From: Pristiophorus japonicus
Taxonomy: Eukaryota
Assembly (NCBI RefSeq): GCF_044704955.1
Contig: NC_091997.1
Span: 66,154,001-66,218,000 of the forward strand
Reading direction: 5' to 3'
Length of the DNA stretch: 64,000 bases
The position numbers and the translations under genes were made by a program. The notes under the pieces were generated by a model, which worked only from the letters and a program-made list of their open reading frames with translations, had not been told where the DNA came from and searched no databases. Below are positions 60,526 through 64,000 of this stretch, one piece after another (position 1 is the stretch's first letter; each line of letters begins with the position of its first letter).

Positions 60526-60590
60526 CACTGCTGGAGGGATTCGAGATCAGAGGGAGCACCAGCTGTATTGAGGAGCACATTAACAGGCAG
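60526..60590 (+). CDS. VPS33B: VPS33B exon 15
   Basis: ALLEGFEIRGSTSCIEEHINRQ, 65 nt. Confidence 0.93.
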
Positions 60591-61568
60591 GTACGTGCAC
60601 GAGTACACCTGGTTTGAGATCGCTCAATCCCCCACTACAGGAGTTACTGCGGTTGAGGTACCTCTGTACAAACAGAAGTTATGCAGTTGGAGATAGACCT
60701 GTTGTACAGGTTCAGGAGGTATTGGCTTTGAGTTCGGCGAGTCGGACATGCCCAGGAGGTGTTCAGTTTCAGCCAGTCCCTCAGACGGGCACAGGGAACA
60801 CTGTATTGAGTTTGCCCGATAAGACACATATATTATGATTTATGCGAGTGATCAGTGCAGCAGATGCAGTAGAAATTATTAATTGTGAGTAATCATTGTG
60901 CAAAGCTGTGAGAAAAGTCACCAGTCAGTAATGAACACGCACCAGTACAGGGGAGGTACTTTCATGTACAGAGACACAGTAAAACGAAACACATGTTGGT
61001 GATGGTCACTCCTCACAGTAAAATGGCCGTAATGGACTTGTTTTATGGACTATCTGTAATTGTCATTTCCATAGAGTGTGCTCTTTGAGGGTGGGCTAAA
61101 ACTTTATTAGCAATCTCATCACAGATTCCCTAATGGTTTTATAGTAAAAGCAGTGTTTACGTGAGCTAAATAGCCCAGGAAGATCCCAGGTTTGATTTCC
61201 CCCCCCCCCCGTTGTGAGTTACTGGGGCGGGTGATGGGCACCGCCACAATTGGCCCCAGGGAGAAGGAAAAGCAGCCTAGGTTCCCATTCCTGATGGCCA
61301 GCCAGCAATCACTGCTGGAAAGTGCACACTGGGAGAGACCTGAATCAGGCTGTGATTTCCCCACACTGCCCTTCCGACACTTACTGTTCAGGCTCCTGTC
61401 GAACCGTCACCTTGTCGAGGTACTGAAGGGAAATTTAGTGAACGTTTTTTTTTGTTGGGAGGTAAGGCGATGAAGAAAGACAAGCTTCCGATCTTGCTAT
61501 TTTACATTGCAAAGCCTTCCCGCACAGATCCTGTTTATTTTTGCACTCTCGTGACTTTGATCTTTCAG

Positions 61569-61623
61569 ATTTCTCCACTCGAGAGTCTTCGGCTGATGTG
61601 CCTCCTTTCACTGACAGAAAATG
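61569..61623 (+). CDS. VPS33B: VPS33B exon 16 (gene continues beyond window)
   Basis: ISPLESLRLMCLLSLTENG, 55 nt. Confidence 0.93.
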
Positions 61624-61825
61624 GTGAGTCCCAAGCCTTCAAACTCTTAACTCATTCCTCGAGTAGGAACGCCGCCTGTCAGAAAGATCGGTTATCATTA
61701 AAATAGAATCTCTGAAAGAATGTAGGAATTTTTAGCAGCAGGGAAAGGCTGTTGGGCCCAACAAACCCTTCGATCAATCGCACTTTCCACCCTCTATTCC
61801 TCAGTTCATTGTCTCTACAAAAGTA

Positions 61826-62230
61826 TCAGCCATGGCTCAGTTGGTAGCACTCTCGCCTGTCAATCCAGGCTGACACTCCCAGTGCAGTGCTGAGGGAGTG
61901 CTGCACTGTCGGAGGTGCCGTCTTTCAGATGAGACGTTAAACCAAGGCCCTGTCTGCCCCCTCAGGTGGATGTAAACGATCCCACAGCACTATTTTGAAG
62001 AAGAGCAGGGGAGTTCTCCCTGGTGTCCTGGACCAATATTTATCCCTCAATCAAAAGATTATCGGGTCATTATCACATTGCTGTTTGTGGGAGTTTGCTG
62101 TGCACAAATTGGCTGACGCGTTTCCTACATTACACCAGTGACGACAGTTCAAAAGTACTTCATTGGCTGTAAAGCGCTTTGGGACGTCCTGAGGTTGTGA
62201 AAGTTGCTATATAAATGCATCTTTTCTTTT
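61826..62230 (+). mobile_element. DeuSINE
   Basis: Head gccatggctcagttggtagcactctcgcct, Deu core, tail. Confidence 0.85.
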
Positions 62231-62912
62231 CTCATGTAATTTTCTCTTGAAACCGTTAATATTGTTCACTTCAGTGTTTTCCCCGGTAGTTTATCCCACA
62301 GCTCTATTAGCACCTGTATAAGTGAAAAGTTCTGCATGACTTACCGTATTATTCTAACATCCTAATGTATAGCTTGTTTTCTCTGGTATTTGTGCCCTTG
62401 GCTGCCATTAATAATTTGCCTGCATTAATTCCCTCCATAATATTAAAAATTCAAGTTATGTCCCCTTGAAGTCTCCTCATTTCCAAAGAAAACAAGCCCA
62501 GCTTCACTTAACCTTGGCATAACGTAGATGCCTGATACTTGGAGTCACCTATTTCAAGGGCAGTAATATCCACTTTCCTATAATGAGATGACCAGAGCTA
62601 TATATTACTTGAGCACCATACACAGTAACATTACAGAGTGGCCTGCCAGGCTATTTGATGGCCCAGGCAAAAGGCACAGTTGAACAGGTTAGTGCTGGAG
62701 GTTAAATGCAGCCCCTCCGCAGGCTTAAAGGTAAAATCATCTTCTCTGAGCCATACAGAATAGGCAGATCCCAGCTTCAATTGCAGCTCCAATTCCCTGC
62801 GGACCCTTGGGTTGCAGAAGGGAAAGTAAGGCAGGGTTCCCACTGCTGGTCACCACACAGCAGCAAGCGCAGGAGTGCGAGCACCTGGTGTAGACCAGAT
62901 CTTGCTCGGCTG

Positions 62913-63648
62913 TCATAGAAACATAGAAAATAGGTGCAGGAGTAGGCCATTCGAGCCTTCGAGCCTGCACCACCGTTCAATAAGATCATGGCTGATCATT
63001 CACCTCAGTACCCCTTTCCTGCTTTCTCTCCATACCCCTTGATCCCTTTAGCGGTAAGGGCCATATCTAACTCCCTCTTGAACATATCCAATGAACTGGC
63101 ATCAAAAACTCTCTGCGGTAGGGAATTCCACAGGTTAACAACTCTGAGTGAAGAAGTTTCTCCTCATCTCAGTCCTAAATGGCTTACCCCTTATCCTTAG
63201 ACTATGTCCCCTGGTTCTGGACTTCCCCAACATCGGGAACATTTTTCCTGCATCTAACCTGTCCAGTCCCGTCAGAATTTTATATGTTTCTATGAGATCC
63301 CCTCATCCTTCTAAACTCCAGTGAATAAAGGCCCAGTTGATCCAGTCTCTCCTCATATGTCAGTCCAGCCATCCCGGGAATCAGTCTGGTGAACCTTCGC
63401 TGCCCTCCCTCAATAGCAAGAATGTCCTTCCTCAGATTAGGAGACCAAAACTGAACACAATATTCCAGGTGAGGCCTCACTAAGGCCCTGTACAACTGCA
63501 GTAAGACCTCCCTGCTCCTATACTCAAATCTCCTAGCTATGAAGGCCAACATACCATTTGCCTCCTTCACCACCTGCTGTACCTGCATGCCCACTTTCAG
63601 TGACTGATGTACCATGACACCCAGGTCTTGTTGCACCTCCCCTTTTCC
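62913..63648 (-). mobile_element. CR1 3' fragment
   Basis: DLGVMVHQSLKVGMQVQQ...RPHLEYCVQFWSP. Confidence 0.92.
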
Positions 63649-64000
63649 ACCGTTGTATAGCTCATCAACTTGCACTGTCGAGGCTTGTACATCAATAGTG
63701 GGTGCACAAGTGAGGAACCGGGGTACAACTGTCGCCTGTGGAAGTGTGCCCCAGTGAGACAGCCAACAGCGACGGGAGGGGTAAACATTAAAATACTAAC
63801 ACAAAACCATTGATCACATAAATACAATCAGAAAATGCTACAACCACACAATGGTCCATCAGCATCTGAAAAAAAAAGGCTGGCTAATCTTTCAGCTGGA
63901 GACCATGTTGTAATCATAGATTCACACAGCACAGCAAGAGGCAATTCGGTCCATCGTGCCTGTGCCGGCTCTTTGAAAGAGCGATCCGACTAGTCCCACT

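Overview
This is eukaryotic genomic DNA from a cartilaginous fish, most likely a shark. That call rests on SacSINE1/DeuSINE-type SINEs and shark-type CR1/L2/RTE LINE tails. The window is gene-dense, with four spliced genes in tandem on the + strand. (1) Probable 3' exons of a TTLL13/TTLL6-like tubulin polyglutamylase (~0.2-7.5 kb, lower confidence). (2) NGRN/neugrin (3 coding exons, 18835-22208, 313 aa). (3) HDDC3/MESH1 (4 coding exons, 31697-36701, 180 aa). (4) The first 16 coding exons of VPS33B (38864-61623; the gene continues past the window). I assembled the exons by hand from GT-AG sites, and their reading phases are consistent. The rest is mostly mobile DNA and repeats: CR1, L2, RTE and Tx1 LINE fragments, DeuSINEs with a variable 33-bp internal VNTR, an RTE-tailed non-autonomous element, three solo LTRs with 5-bp TSDs, two TA-flanked MITEs, a palindromic Penelope-like remnant with a hammerhead-ribozyme core, several minisatellites, and a 259-N gap. 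Nearly all long ORFs in the supplied track are TE- or repeat-derived. I found no convincing wholly new biological system. The best leads are the TTLL13-like exon bracketed by inverted CR1 tails, the TE-occupied HDDC3 upstream region and gene order, the hammerhead motif, and the CTCF-like motif carried by an LTR family. Family and gene names come from recall of known sequences, not from database searches.
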